This document shows positions 23,348 through 24,000 of a stretch of 24,000 nt of DNA, piece by piece. Origin of the DNA: Methanoculleus sp. SDB. GTDB lineage: Archaea > Halobacteriota > Methanomicrobia > Methanomicrobiales > Methanomicrobiaceae. The notes under the pieces were generated by a model. The model had not been told where the DNA came from and did not search any database. It saw only the letters and a program-made list of their open reading frames with translations. The translations under genes and the position numbers were made by a program. The stretch is from NCBI GenBank assembly GCA_001412355.1, contig LKUD01000033.1, positions 39,179 through 63,178 of the forward strand, read 5' to 3'. Position 1 is the stretch's first letter, and each line of letters begins with the position of its first letter.

Positions 23348-23511
23348 TCCCTCTGGAATGTACGTATGGCCTGTCCGGCGGCGAACTCTAGAGAGTCCGG
23401 ATTTTAAGCTACATCAAAAGAACTCCAGGTTATAGCGGCCCATTCCGGACCGGAACGCCAGCCCCCTTCACTGCCGGGAGAAAGCAGCATTACCGTTAAG
23501 AATCCGACGAG

Positions 23512-24000
23512 CTACAGGAGGAGCTCAAATGTCTGCTCGATCACCGGTGTTCCCCAGGTGCTGTCCTCCTGCTCGGCGATGAGGGTAAACCCGGTCTTTT
23601 CATAGAGGTGTCGTGCGGCATCCAGCCCGGCGAAGGTGGTCAGGTAGACCCTCCGGAAACCTGCGCGGGCACAGAAACCGAGCGCCTCCTGCATCAGGAG
23701 GTTTCCAAGGCCGCCCCCATGATATTCGGGTGCGACGATGAACCACCGCAGCCGTGCCTCTTTCGTCCCGGCACCTTCGCCCTCGACGGCGATCGCCCCG
23801 ACCAGCCCACCGTCCGCCTTCGCCACCCAGAAGCCGTCATGCGCCGGGTCGAAGCGGGTGAGAAACGCGGAGAGTTCACTCGCCACCTTCGCCTCGAAGT
23901 AGAGGTCGAAATTCCAGTGTTCGTGATAATATGTCGCATGGAGCGCGGTGATCTCTCGGATCAAACCGGGTGTATAGCCATGCAGTTCGAATTCCGGCAT
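23512..24000 (-). CDS. GNAT-family N-acetyltransferase
   Basis: The acetyl-CoA motif A is RLRWFIVAPEYHGGGLGNLLMQEALGFCARAGF, followed by the C-terminal AARHLYEKTGF. The ATG lies exactly at 24000-23998, so the 162-aa ORF is complete as far as the window shows. Confidence 0.85.
   Translation of the reverse strand: MPEFELHGYTPGLIREITALHATYYHEHWNFDLYFEAKVASELSAFLTRFDPAHDGFWVAKADGGLVGAIAVEGEGAGTKEARLRWFIVAPEYHGGGLGNLLMQEALGFCARAGFRRVYLTTFAGLDAARHLYEKTGFTLIAEQEDSTWGTPVIEQTFELLL

Overview
This is a high-GC, methanogen-like archaeal chromosome segment. The organism call is an inference from an archaeal-type UMP kinase, an archaeal-looking tRNA-Pro, lipobox lipoproteins and TATA-box spacing; it is probably Methanomicrobia.

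Left half (mostly minus strand, largely housekeeping):
- a partial transglutaminase-like lipoprotein that the ORF track misses
- a four-gene polar amino-acid ABC importer
- a decayed stub of an NSS-family transporter
- mntP
- a small Zn-ribbon ORF
- an 1181-aa bipartite HEAT-repeat protein
- an FTR-like/rubredoxin fusion, translationally coupled to a glutaredoxin-like protein
- a tightly overlapping trio of Zn-ribbon, AmmeMemoRadiSam-type radical SAM and Mut7-C nuclease genes, directly downstream of a SLOG-like plus double SLATT-like membrane protein

Middle: pyrH, tRNA-Pro(UGG), nth, and a PiT phosphate transporter with its DUF47/PhoU-like partner.

Right half (most interesting): a Cys-bearing AbrB/SpoVT-like gene is coupled to hgcA-hgcB, the mercury-methylation pair, which shows the diagnostic NVWCAAGK and CMECGAC motifs. 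A mosaic accessory tract follows:
- a low-GC bacterial-type RNase III gene, frameshifted at an A7 run and carrying Asp->Asn in the ERLEFLGD signature
- a nitroreductase
- a SAM methyltransferase
- a ~190-bp degenerate second copy of the hgcB 3' half, fused behind the methyltransferase
- hicBA
- low-GC orphan ORFs
- a GNAT acetyltransferase

The best candidates for something undescribed are (i) the Cys-rich AbrB-HgcA-HgcB module together with the duplicated HgcB tail, and (ii) the SLOG/SLATT plus Zn-ribbon/rSAM/Mut7-C cluster. I recognised no CRISPR array, rRNA or transposase. All calls come from reading motifs by eye; no database search was possible.
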